64,000 bases of DNA from IMG/VR virus record IMGVR_UViG_3300028591_008352, positions 1 through 64,000 of that record. One strand, given 5' to 3'. The translations under genes and the position numbers were made by a program. The DNA is from a virus (lineage: Duplodnaviria; Caudoviricetes). Of this stretch, positions 17,357 through 25,791 are shown one piece after another. The stretch's first letter is position 1; the number at the start of each line of letters is the position of its first letter. A model generated the notes under the pieces. That model made no database searches and had not been told where the DNA came from. It saw only the letters and a list, made by a program, of their open reading frames with translations.

Positions 17357-18124
17357 ATGGCAACAAAGATAGAATGGACTGATAAGACATGGCAACCGAT
17401 GCACGGCTGCACCAAGGTAAGCTCGGCATGTACCAACTGCTATGCAGAGGTGATGGCCAGGAGGTTGCAGGGCAACCATGTAAGGAGTTATGAGAACGGC
17501 TTCAAGCCGACATTGAACCCAGACGTATTGAACGAACCCTACAAGTGGAAGAAGCCAAGTATGGTGTTCGTCTGCTCCATGGGCGACCTGTTCCACCGTG
17601 ACGTACCCTGTGACTACATCGACCAGGTTATGCAGGTGATACGCGACAATCCACAGCACACCTTCCAGATACTCACAAAGAGGGCTGAGAGAATGGCGAA
17701 ATATTTCATGGGTGGTGCAAGTGAAGGTGTTCCTCAGAACGCATGGCTGGGTGTCACCTGTGAGAGCTTCAATTACTATGACCGCATCGACTGGCTCAGA
17801 TGGATTGACAAGGCACCCGTTCGCTTCCTCAGCTGTGAGCCACTTATTGGATATCTGGATAACATTAACCTTGACGGCATTGATTGGGTTATCACTGGAG
17901 GCGAGAGCGGATCATGCGCAAGGCACACACCCGCAAACTGCTTCCGTGACCTCAGAGACCGTTGTATCAAAGCCAATGTCCCTTTCTTCTTCAAGCAATG
18001 GGGAACATGGGGAGAGGACGGTATCAGGCGCAACAAGAAAGACAACGGCTGCCTGCTCGACGGGAGAGAGTGGAAACAATACCCGACACCAAGGACAAAC
18101 GACAGGGAGGGAAAGGAATGTTGA
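17357..18124 (+). CDS. DUF5131 / phage Gp37-Gp68 family (radical-SAM-like)
   Basis: TKIEWTDKTW..GCTKVSSACTNCYAE, SMGDLFH, SCEPL, WVITGGESG, FFFKQWG. Confidence 0.9.
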   Translation: MATKIEWTDKTWQPMHGCTKVSSACTNCYAEVMARRLQGNHVRSYENGFKPTLNPDVLNEPYKWKKPSMVFVCSMGDLFHRDVPCDYIDQVMQVIRDNPQHTFQILTKRAERMAKYFMGGASEGVPQNAWLGVTCESFNYYDRIDWLRWIDKAPVRFLSCEPLIGYLDNINLDGIDWVITGGESGSCARHTPANCFRDLRDRCIKANVPFFFKQWGTWGEDGIRRNKKDNGCLLDGREWKQYPTPRTNDREGKEC

Positions 18125-18369
18125 CGGTTATAGAACGGTTCCATGACTTGATTGAGGACATGGAAGCCTACAAGCGGCAATTCCCGGAAACCGCCGTTCC
18201 TTATGCAAGGATTAAGGAGTCTCTGGAAGAACGGGTGAACGATCCTGTCGGCAGCACCTTCGGGCTCAGCATCGCGACAGATTGGGAAGACAAGTGCTAT
18301 GGTTTCGAGGTGGATAGGGTAACCCCGGAAACTACCGTTTTCAGATATTGTGGAACTTGGAAAACATAA
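18118..18369 (+). CDS. Hypothetical phage protein
   Basis: ATG overlapping the upstream stop; 83 aa. Confidence 0.55.
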   Translation: MLTVIERFHDLIEDMEAYKRQFPETAVPYARIKESLEERVNDPVGSTFGLSIATDWEDKCYGFEVDRVTPETTVFRYCGTWKT

Positions 18370-18381
18370 GGAGGCAGACGT

Positions 18382-18774
18382 ATGACGTACGAACGCAAAT
18401 ATGTGACTATATCTGGAAGCAACTATGAATTGTGCATCCTGCAGATTGCAGATGAAACGGGCCTCGATGCCAATCTGGTAGAAGAGAAGGTGAAAGAGCT
18501 GTTCCGTGAAGCAGAAGAAAGAGGCGACCTGAAGGACGGCCAGTTGGTAGTCGGCTATATTGCCCAAGTTCCGGACATAAAAGAGGAACTGGAGTCTATG
18601 GCTCTGAAGCTTCAAGATATTGCGGATAAGATGTGCTATGTTGAGGATCTGTTGCTCCCTGCAAAGCCAGAATGTCCTCAGTACATCGAGAGGCTGCACC
18701 CATACAAGAAGCATGAGAGCCACGGAAAGCGCAATTACTGGCACCGTATCAGGAGCAATCCCCGTCAAAGGTGA
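18382..18774 (+). CDS. Hypothetical phage protein
   Basis: 130 aa; C-terminal NYWHRIRSNP motif recalled from Bacteroidales phage ORFs. Confidence 0.6.
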   Translation: MTYERKYVTISGSNYELCILQIADETGLDANLVEEKVKELFREAEERGDLKDGQLVVGYIAQVPDIKEELESMALKLQDIADKMCYVEDLLLPAKPECPQYIERLHPYKKHESHGKRNYWHRIRSNPRQR

Positions 18775-18837
18775 GTAACAAGTCAGACAACAAGAAACAA
18801 CGAGAAATCGAATTTAATCACATAAATTGAAAGAAAG

Positions 18838-19113
18838 ATGAAAAGAGTATTTAAGTACCCTCTCGTCATTGATGACGTAGTAGAAGTAATTATGCCGAAA
18901 GGCGCAAAAGTGCTGACCGTTCAAATGCAACATAACGTACCCTGTATTTGGGCTGTTGTCGAGTCTGAAGAAACTGAACTTGAATCACGGTTCTTCCGTA
19001 TCGCAGGAACCGGGCATGGTATTGTAGATGAGATAGTCGATAACTATATAGATACATTCCAAATGCGTGATGGGCTGTTGGTGTTTCATCTGTTTGAGAT
19101 AAAGAACTCTTAA
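18838..19113 (+). CDS. Conserved small phage protein
   Basis: MKRVFKYPL...GAKVLTVQMQ...CIWAVV...GTGH...VFHLFE, a widespread phage family. Confidence 0.7.
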   Translation: MKRVFKYPLVIDDVVEVIMPKGAKVLTVQMQHNVPCIWAVVESEETELESRFFRIAGTGHGIVDEIVDNYIDTFQMRDGLLVFHLFEIKNS

Positions 19114-19123
19114 TATTACAATT

Positions 19124-19624
19124 ATGGAAATAACAAGAAGTAAGACCGTGGTACTGATGCTGTCGCACCACTACCCTAAAACCGCCATCCATGCAGGGAA
19201 GCCCACCAACTTCAGGGAGCAGCTGCTGGACGGCCGCAAGATTCACACGTGCCGCGGCCGCTACGACGGCTGGGCTCACAACATCGACAAGGTGAACACC
19301 CTCAACTACGTGCTGTCAGTCCGCGAGTGGGACGGCAAGCCCTACGGGAAGGGAGTGAAGCAAAGGGAAATCAAGCAGTACCGCAAGGCGGGCTACCAGC
19401 GCATCACCATGAACTACGACCGCGGCACCGACGAGCTGAGGTGCGTCATCGACGGCAAGAGGTTCGACGACATCGAGCAGCTGGCGCGCAACGACGGCAT
19501 GACGCTCGAGGAGTTCAAGGACTGGTTCTTCGGGCAGGGACTCGACAGGACGGTCTTCAGCGGCGTGATCATCCACTTCACTGACTTCCGCTACAATACA
19601 GGGAATAGTACTACCCCATTGTAA
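19124..19624 (+). CDS. ASCH/PUA-like domain protein
   Basis: GRKIHTCR, W.GKPY, LARNDGMTLEEFKDWF. Confidence 0.65.
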   Translation: MEITRSKTVVLMLSHHYPKTAIHAGKPTNFREQLLDGRKIHTCRGRYDGWAHNIDKVNTLNYVLSVREWDGKPYGKGVKQREIKQYRKAGYQRITMNYDRGTDELRCVIDGKRFDDIEQLARNDGMTLEEFKDWFFGQGLDRTVFSGVIIHFTDFRYNTGNSTTPL

Positions 19625-19629
19625 GGGTG

Positions 19630-19660
19630 GTGTATAGTAGTATAATCATAAATAGTACAA
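19630..19660 (+). promoter_or_regulatory. Bipartite leader motif, copy 2 (upstream of ssb)
   Basis: GTGTATAGTAGTAT-N8-ATAGTACAA. Confidence 0.6.
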
Positions 19661-19665
19661 TCTAT

Positions 19666-20052
19666 ATGTCGATAAACAAGGCAATACTGGTCGGGAACGT
19701 CGGCGCAGAACCGAAGGTGACGACCTATTCAAGCGGCAAGGTGGCACAGGTATCGCTCGCCACCACGGAGCGGGGGTACACCCTGCAGAACGGCACACAG
19801 GTGCCTGAGAGAACTGAGTGGCACAACCTCATAGCATGGGGGAAGACTGCCGAAGTGATGGAACGCTACGTGCACAAGGGCTCCAAGCTCTACGTGGAGG
19901 GGAAGATAAAGACACGCTCATACGATGACCGCCAAGGGCGCAAGTGCTACGTGACGGAGATACACATCGACGTGCTTGAATTGCTCGATCCGAAGCAAGC
20001 AGCCAACGGCAACCAGCAGCAATCTCCATACGATGACCGAATAAACTTCTGA
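19666..20052 (+). CDS. ssb: Single-stranded DNA-binding protein
   Basis: MSINKAILVGNVGAEP...TEWHNL...KGSKLYVEGKIKTRSY; acidic/Phe C-terminus. Confidence 0.95.
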   Translation: MSINKAILVGNVGAEPKVTTYSSGKVAQVSLATTERGYTLQNGTQVPERTEWHNLIAWGKTAEVMERYVHKGSKLYVEGKIKTRSYDDRQGRKCYVTEIHIDVLELLDPKQAANGNQQQSPYDDRINF

Positions 20053-20056
20053 GACT

Positions 20057-20488
20057 ATGCCGAGAAAAGGTAGAATGAGCCCGGAGGAAAAGTTCGCCAT
20101 GCTCCTTGCCAGATCCAACACGGGAACCAAGCAGAAGCCATCGCACATAGAGAGCGAGATGCAGCGGTCGTGCAAGAAGTGGTTCGGCCTCCAATATCCC
20201 AAGCTGGGCCGCCTGTTGTTCGCCGTTCCCAACGGCGGTGCCAGGAACTCACGCGAGGCAGCCATCATGAAGGCGGAGGGAGTAACCGCCGGAGTGGCAG
20301 ACATGATACTGCTCATACCCCGTCACGGCTACGGCAGCCTGTGCATTGAGTTCAAGACAAAGGAAGGTCGCCAGTCGGACAGTCAGAAGCTTTGGCAGAC
20401 AGACGCGGAATCCAACGGAAACAAGTACGTCGTGATACGAAGCGTGGAGCAATTTGTTAATGAAATAAAAAAATATTTGGCTGACTGA
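20057..20488 (+). CDS. VRR-NUC domain nuclease
   Basis: FAVPNGGAR...EGVTAGVADMIL...IEFKT..GRQSDSQ. Confidence 0.9.
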   Translation: MPRKGRMSPEEKFAMLLARSNTGTKQKPSHIESEMQRSCKKWFGLQYPKLGRLLFAVPNGGARNSREAAIMKAEGVTAGVADMILLIPRHGYGSLCIEFKTKEGRQSDSQKLWQTDAESNGNKYVVIRSVEQFVNEIKKYLAD

Positions 20489-20506
20489 GTTTTTTTGGTT
20501 TTAAAA

Positions 20507-20538
20507 GTGCCTATCAAGCACGGAAATTTGTAAATTTG
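20507..20538 (+). promoter_or_regulatory. Late-type palindrome GTGCCT-ATC-AAGCAC plus TAAATTTG promoter upstream of the holin
   Basis: The same 15-bp palindrome family occurs at 27133, 35610 and 35741. Confidence 0.65.
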
Positions 20539-20569
20539 CGCAATTACAAATGTTACATATTAATTAGCA

Positions 20570-21037
20570 ATGGAAGAATTTGTTTTCAGAGGAATGGGCA
20601 TGATGTACATGCTTTCTGTAGTAGTCATGTTGGCAGTCATCGTTGCCATGGGTGTTGATTTCGTCTCTGGCTGGCGTAAGGCCAAGATACGGGGTGACGA
20701 GCATACAAGCTATGCAGCTTCACGGACACTTACGAAGTTCCTAATCTATGAAGGCATCCTGCTCATTGGCGTTTGCATTGACACAATGATACACTTCGTA
20801 TGGGCAATGCTGATGGATGGGTCATACTTCGTCCCGCTGATGACGATAGTATGGGGTATCATCCTGTGCATTGTAGAGGCATGGAGCGTCAGGGAAAAGG
20901 CAGACAAGAAGCAGCGAAAGAGGATGGACGAAGCCGCTGCGGCCCTTGCCCAGATCCTCGACAAGGAAACGGTGCTTGAGATACTGAGAGCCCGGATGAA
21001 GAATGAGGAAGCCTCAGACATAGCTGAAGACATATAG
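20570..21037 (+). CDS. Holin (phage holin family)
   Basis: Three hydrophobic segments; D..SGWRKAK.RG...S....RT..K pattern of Bacteroidales holins. Confidence 0.8.
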   Translation: MEEFVFRGMGMMYMLSVVVMLAVIVAMGVDFVSGWRKAKIRGDEHTSYAASRTLTKFLIYEGILLIGVCIDTMIHFVWAMLMDGSYFVPLMTIVWGIILCIVEAWSVREKADKKQRKRMDEAAAALAQILDKETVLEILRARMKNEEASDIAEDI

Positions 21038-21060
21038 ACGAAAGAGAGGTCACAAAAAAG

Positions 21061-21103
21061 AGAGCCGCCGGAAGCCACTCATAAGTTCGCTTCCGGCGGC
21101 TCT
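21061..21103. terminator. 15-bp perfect hairpin between holin and HU-like gene
   Basis: AGAGCCGCCGGAAGC-N13-GCTTCCGGCGGCTCT. Confidence 0.75.
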
Positions 21104-21124
21104 TCTTGGAAAGGAGAGGCTTCG

Positions 21125-21577
21125 CTATGGGTTGTCGTCGTCCTCCCCGTCGTCGGTCACGGACGTGCCCATCTGCTCGATGTCGAGGAACGACGCCTTC
21201 TTCCTCATGGTGACGGAGTCGAGCGGGAACGCCTTGCTCCTGTTGGGGAGGAAGCGAAGGTGCACCTTGACGATCTTCTCCGAGGTGTAGTCCTCCGCAA
21301 GGTCCTCGCCCCTCGACTCCGCGCTCAGGTAGAACGTGCCGAGGTCTCCGAGCCGCACCTTCTTCGAGTCGAGGCACAGTTCCACGAGGCAGTCGCACGC
21401 CGCCGTCAGCACCCCCATGATGGTAGCCCTGTCGAAAGGCGAGCCGTGGCTGGAGATGTGGTTTGCGAACTCGTTGGTGGTGAGCGTCTCCGTATGCACG
21501 ATGCGCCCGTAGGTCTTCCCGAATGCGGTTGAGCCCTTCACGTTGTTCTTGTACTTTCTCGTAATCAGTTTAGACAT
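21125..21577 (-). CDS. Bacteroidetes HU-related DNA-binding protein (HU-HIG type)
   Basis: TLTTNEFANHIS...GVLTAACDCLVELCLDSKKVRLGDLGTFYLS; own promoter TACCTTTG (21642-21649, minus strand). Confidence 0.85.
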   Translation of the reverse strand: MSKLITRKYKNNVKGSTAFGKTYGRIVHTETLTTNEFANHISSHGSPFDRATIMGVLTAACDCLVELCLDSKKVRLGDLGTFYLSAESRGEDLAEDYTSEKIVKVHLRFLPNRSKAFPLDSVTMRKKASFLDIEQMGTSVTDDGEDDDNP

Positions 21578-21738
21578 GGTTTCTTTTTCTTTTAATCGTT
21601 AGACATCCTGTTACTTCACTCGCGTAAACGTTTACCGTGTGCAAAGGTACCATTTCCGCACGGCCACGAAAATGGTTCCTTCGGCTTCCATCGCCTTCCG
21701 TCCCGTTACGTCCAGTTTCGTCCCACTGACGGCAAGGC

Positions 21739-21794
21739 GGCACTTTTCCAGTGCCAAACAGGCACTTTTCCACCGCTAAAGCGGCACTTTTCCA
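21739..21794 (+). repeat. 3x GGCACTTTTCCA at 22-bp period
   Basis: Copies at 21739, 21761 and 21783, between the divergent HU-like and DUF4248 genes. Confidence 0.85.
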
Positions 21795-21884
21795 AGATTG
21801 TGCGGTTATGTCCTGTTATAGGGTGTCTCCGAACCGCCGAATGTGGGCGAAATTCCGTACCTTTGCAGGCGATTAGGCACGCGA

Positions 21885-22106
21885 ATGGAGTTCAAGATAC
21901 GCGAATACGGAAGGACGGAGCTTGCACTGGCATACTGCCCGGACATCGCCCCGGAATCCGCTTGGAAGAAGTTCAAGCGGTGGATGGAGCTGTACCCCGG
22001 CCTGATGGACGGCCTGCGTGCCATCGGCTACAGTCCGCGCACGCGGAGCTTCACGCCCCGACAGGTCCGCCTTATCGTGGAATGCCTCGGCTCTCCTGCC
22101 GATTAA
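21885..22106 (+). CDS. DUF4248 family small DNA-binding protein
   Basis: IREYGRTELALAYCPDIAPESAWKKFKRW...FTPRQVRLIVECLGSP; promoter TACCTTTG at 21858. Confidence 0.8.
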   Translation: MEFKIREYGRTELALAYCPDIAPESAWKKFKRWMELYPGLMDGLRAIGYSPRTRSFTPRQVRLIVECLGSPAD

Positions 22107-22170
22107 CAATATTTCTGATACGGAAACGGGCCATAACCAATATGATTATCGCCCGTTTCCTGTGTGGTTA

Positions 22171-22665
22171 TTATCGTCCTATCCTATAGACTTTCTTCTT
22201 GTGTTCGTCAATGAACCCGCATGAAGCGACAAGCGGAATCACCTTTTCCTCGTCCACGCTTGTCAGATGGCCTACGACCTCGGCTTTTACCGCTACACTC
22301 TTTCTCGCTTTCAGCGTAAACAGCTCGGCACAGTCGAGGCGGCTGTCCTTTTCCAGTATTCCGGGATAATTCTCCTGTTTCAGGGTGTACTGGTATTTCT
22401 GCCTGTTAGGGTTATTCTTATAGAAGTCCAGGTTGGAATTGATGAAACACAGTCCGATGGCGTCGCCCTTGGAATTCTTTCCCACGATGACAAAGTACTT
22501 GTTGCGGTTCTGATATCCGTTTTTGAGGGTAAGGCCGTCGTTCGCATCCATGTTCTGGTAGACGATATCGCCTACATTCATGTCGGAGCCCGACGAAACC
22601 TGCTGCTCTTGCTGAATGGAGGCCTTCAGAGCAGCGAGAGAGCCTTTCGCATCGTCAATCAGCAT
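22171..22665 (-). CDS. PemK/MazF-like candidate toxin
   Basis: VGDIVY...RNKYFVIVG...GLCFINS...YP..L..DS.LDC pattern; overlaps and follows the Panacea gene. Confidence 0.6.
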   Translation of the reverse strand: MLIDDAKGSLAALKASIQQEQQVSSGSDMNVGDIVYQNMDANDGLTLKNGYQNRNKYFVIVGKNSKGDAIGLCFINSNLDFYKNNPNRQKYQYTLKQENYPGILEKDSRLDCAELFTLKARKSVAVKAEVVGHLTSVDEEKVIPLVASCGFIDEHKKKVYRIGR

Positions 22666-23233
22666 TGAAGGCGGCTTTTATCAGTTGGACTTCGCGTATG
22701 TGGTCGACCATCTGCTTCGAGGCACCGCCTGCTCGGGCAATGTCGATGGTGGTAAGCATGTCCTTCTGCGGATCGTCCTCCATCAAGCCCCTCACCTTGT
22801 TGTATGCCTCGTCGTGGGAGAGCTCTGACAAATCCTCAGACCCCATACGCCCATACTTTTCTATAGTTCGGTCGATCTCCTCTTTCTCCATATCGGAGAT
22901 ATAGTCCATGTCAGGCTCATTCACGGCATGTACAATCTGATTGGAATCAACCGCTATGGACGACATAAACTCCGTCAGGTCGTTTCCCTCATCGTCTGGC
23001 TCCAGATTGTTCTCAACCAGTTTCACCACTTTGTAGGTAAGGGCTGGCACTGGACCCTTCAGGCGAGCCTTAAACGTGTCCTCCACGAGGCAAAGGCCAT
23101 TGGTGGCAAGGTATTCACGCTGTGCAAAATACATGATCTTGAACAGCCTGATATAGTCCACGCCATCCTTGAAGTGCTGAAGAATATACAGCACAACAGC
23201 CTGAATCTTGCTTATTTGCTCAGGTGATTTCAT
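22655..23233 (-). CDS. Panacea-domain (DUF4065/SocA-like) antitoxin
   Basis: LFKIMYFAQREYL...DTFKARLKGPVP...LSELSHD. Confidence 0.85.
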   Translation of the reverse strand: MKSPEQISKIQAVVLYILQHFKDGVDYIRLFKIMYFAQREYLATNGLCLVEDTFKARLKGPVPALTYKVVKLVENNLEPDDEGNDLTEFMSSIAVDSNQIVHAVNEPDMDYISDMEKEEIDRTIEKYGRMGSEDLSELSHDEAYNKVRGLMEDDPQKDMLTTIDIARAGGASKQMVDHIREVQLIKAAFNAD

Positions 23234-23426
23234 AAAAGTAATATGTTAATTAGCCACTCTTAATTTTTGCCATTCATTTCCGGTTGCAAAATTACAACAT
23301 TTATTCGGAATTTCAATGCGTAACGCAATATTTAACATTTAACGCCATTAAATACGAAAGTGCAAATAATGACCGAAGCCGACATTAGCATAAGTGCCCC
23401 TCTTGCCAATGTTTATTGATGTTTTA

Positions 23427-24683
23427 TCAAACCTTTCTTTCATTGATTCTTAATGTTTCCCTATACTGCTCGGCTTCAGGCACTTTTATGAACTCAACAG
23501 ACTTGTCGAAATTAGCCTTCACAACCTGTTCAATTTCTTCAAGTGTGACGTGAAAAAACTCTTTGCGCCCGTTAATCATATTCATCTTCCTATCATCAAA
23601 GGCACGATGCAAAGCTGCTTCAAGCTTTGGCGCATCATCACAAAATATCATTGCATGAACGTCAAATTTGAACGGAACAGACGCATCACCAAGTTCATCA
23701 ACACGCTCCATCGGATCAAGACGACGTGTCATGCCTATTTTATAGACATTCTCACCAAACGATCCAATATTAGAGATGATATACACATATCCAGCTTTTT
23801 TATTTGCTTCACGATAATCGATGTCTTTCATTGCAACTTCAAGATCCTCCAGATGGCCTTCGATTTCCGTCTTTTTCTGTAACAACAATTCTCTCTCTGT
23901 TTCATCAGCATTGTCAAGTTGCAATTCAATCTTTGCAAGGGCGTTTGTATAATGCTTTTTCTCCTTCTCAATGTCTTTTCTGGCATCTTCGATTTCCTTT
24001 GCCAACTTGGCTTCTTCTCTCAACTGTTCACGAATACGTTTCTGTTCTTCTTTCTCCTCTTGTTTCTTAACTGCATATTCGTACGAAAGATTAAGCTCTT
24101 CTATTTTGGACTTTACATATTCATTTGTCAAGCGTACACAATTCTTAGAATTCATTTTATTAAGTGCATCTGCAGACTTTTCTATCTTTTCCTTAAATGC
24201 GACTATATTGTTAAACTTGACTTTACTAATGAGTACGTCGCATTCATCGTTAAAACAGCGAACTATCTGCTTGATGTTTTGACTGGTCATTGCACGTCCT
24301 TTTGCAATACTACCATCAACTGTCCATTCCTTATCACATACAGCAGCGCAATGGTCACGAATCATTCGTTTTTGTTCAGAACGAACTTCGTCGAGACGTT
24401 CTTTGTAAAGTTCCAAGTTTGCAAAATCGTATATTGGAGAATACAAGCCGTACTCCTGTAGCAATATTGAATCGTCAAGTTCCACTATCTGATCTTTCTT
24501 TTCCTCTATCTCACCAGACAACTTTTCCAATTCGGACTTTAATTCTTCTATGACTTTTTCTAAGCGTGATTTCTCGGTATCAAGATCAGCGATGGCTCGG
24601 TACTTTTCCAAACCACTGACTTGTTCCTTTAATAGCTGTATTTCAACTATCTCCTTTTTCTTTAGGAAATCAAATACTCCCAT
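23427..24683 (-). CDS. DUF4041 + T5orf172 (GIY-YIG-like) domain protein
   Basis: Coiled coil, then GYVYIISNIGSFGENVYKIGMTRRLDPMERVDELGDASVPF...LEAALH...RKEFF. Confidence 0.88.
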   Translation of the reverse strand: MGVFDFLKKKEIVEIQLLKEQVSGLEKYRAIADLDTEKSRLEKVIEELKSELEKLSGEIEEKKDQIVELDDSILLQEYGLYSPIYDFANLELYKERLDEVRSEQKRMIRDHCAAVCDKEWTVDGSIAKGRAMTSQNIKQIVRCFNDECDVLISKVKFNNIVAFKEKIEKSADALNKMNSKNCVRLTNEYVKSKIEELNLSYEYAVKKQEEKEEQKRIREQLREEAKLAKEIEDARKDIEKEKKHYTNALAKIELQLDNADETERELLLQKKTEIEGHLEDLEVAMKDIDYREANKKAGYVYIISNIGSFGENVYKIGMTRRLDPMERVDELGDASVPFKFDVHAMIFCDDAPKLEAALHRAFDDRKMNMINGRKEFFHVTLEEIEQVVKANFDKSVEFIKVPEAEQYRETLRINERKV

Positions 24684-24691
24684 AATAACGC

Positions 24692-24982
24692 CTATTTTAT
24701 ATCAATTGATAATTCGTGGCCACAGTAAGGGCAAGTGACAGAAGGAGAAATGGCGGAACCAGAATCGCTCTCTCTAAAAAGTTGCCACATTTCTATTCCA
24801 AGAGCCTTTGAGAATAATTCTAAGACCTCGAATGTTGCACCCTGATTTCCATTGAGAACGTTACTAACATACTGAGGGGATTTGTCAACCTTCTCTGAGA
24901 GGGCTTTAGCAGTGAGTCCCTGGTCTCTCATTATTTCTTTGATGCGCTGGCCAATTGTGACCATATACTCTTTGTTTGTCAT
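24692..24982 (-). CDS. XRE-family repressor with C-terminal CPYC ribbon
   Basis: IGQRIKEIMRDQGLTAKALSEKVDKSPQYVSNVLNG...CPYCG. Confidence 0.88.
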   Translation of the reverse strand: MTNKEYMVTIGQRIKEIMRDQGLTAKALSEKVDKSPQYVSNVLNGNQGATFEVLELFSKALGIEMWQLFRESDSGSAISPSVTCPYCGHELSIDIK

Positions 24983-25005
24983 ATCAAGTATATTAAAAAC
25001 GAACG

Positions 25006-25118
25006 CAAAGATACATATTTAATATAAGAGTATAGCAATTTAATATATTAAATATAGTTAAAAGATAGCGTTTTACTATATATAAATTTGGAAGATATAG
25101 CGATTTACTATATCTTTG
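25006..25118. promoter_or_regulatory. Second divergent switch: two promoters, three operators
   Basis: TATAGCnnTTTAnTATA-like palindromes at 25031, 25064, 25096. Leftward -7 TATCTTTG at 25006-25013. Rightward TTTG (25087)-20 bp-TATCTTTG (25111). Confidence 0.75.
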
Positions 25119-25170
25119 CACCCGAAAAGTCAAACAAAGTAAAACAATAAACAAATAAACTCAAAGAATT

Positions 25171-25458
25171 ATGGAGAATCAAGCAAAGAACCAGGAACAG
25201 GACTTCACGATGATTCAGAACGTGGAGCAAGTAAAGATCAACGAGACCACAAAAAAGCTGATGAAGTGTCACGCCATGCTGATGGACATCACCCGCTTCC
25301 TTGGCGGCTTCGAGATGAAGGAGTCGAAGGTATACATGCTGGAAGGCGAGACCGAGAACGCACAGAACGCCGTCTTGGAGGCTGAAAAGGAAGTGTCAGC
25401 CCTGATGAGCGCCTATTCTGTGAACATTATGTGCGAGACCGATTACAAGTTTATCTGA
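25171..25458 (+). CDS. Hypothetical protein
   Basis: 95 aa, first gene of the rightward operon. Confidence 0.6.
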   Translation: MENQAKNQEQDFTMIQNVEQVKINETTKKLMKCHAMLMDITRFLGGFEMKESKVYMLEGETENAQNAVLEAEKEVSALMSAYSVNIMCETDYKFI

Positions 25459-25462
25459 GCCT

Positions 25463-25714
25463 ATGAGAACGAAGGAGTTTGAGCCGTTAGACGGCATTTG
25501 CGTGGGCGACTGGATGGGGCGCAGTGTATCATTGCGTCCAGAACCTACCTCACGACAACATGTTAGAGGTACGCTGAAGGGCGTCATCTTCGAGACGAGA
25601 ACCAACAAGGGAATTATCCTTACCCTCATCATCGGCGACAGGCTGGTGCAAGTGTTCAGCTGGATGGCCGAGATACGAATGGAACAACGAACAAACAAAA
25701 ACAAATGCCCATGA
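25463..25714 (+). CDS. Hypothetical protein
   Basis: 83 aa ORF in operon. Confidence 0.55.
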   Translation: MRTKEFEPLDGICVGDWMGRSVSLRPEPTSRQHVRGTLKGVIFETRTNKGIILTLIIGDRLVQVFSWMAEIRMEQRTNKNKCP

Positions 25715-25777
25715 AACAGGAAGCATCCCCTACCCCAAAGACGCAATACTGATATGAACGATTATATATTTCACTAA
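25711..25777 (+). other. Two tandem micro-ORFs (MKQEASPTPKTQY* 25711-25752; MNDYIFH* 25754-25777) spanning sRNA target site 3 (25741-25756)
   Basis: ACGCAATACTGATATG is a 16/16 complement of the sRNA and covers the stop of micro-ORF 1 and the start of micro-ORF 2. Confidence 0.55.
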
Positions 25778-25791
25778 TCAAATTATAAACA

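Noticed and set aside
23323-23332. ACGCAATATT as a sixth sRNA target
   Set aside because: It lies on the plus strand with no downstream plus-strand gene or ATG, upstream of the Panacea TSS; better explained as half of a DNA palindrome.
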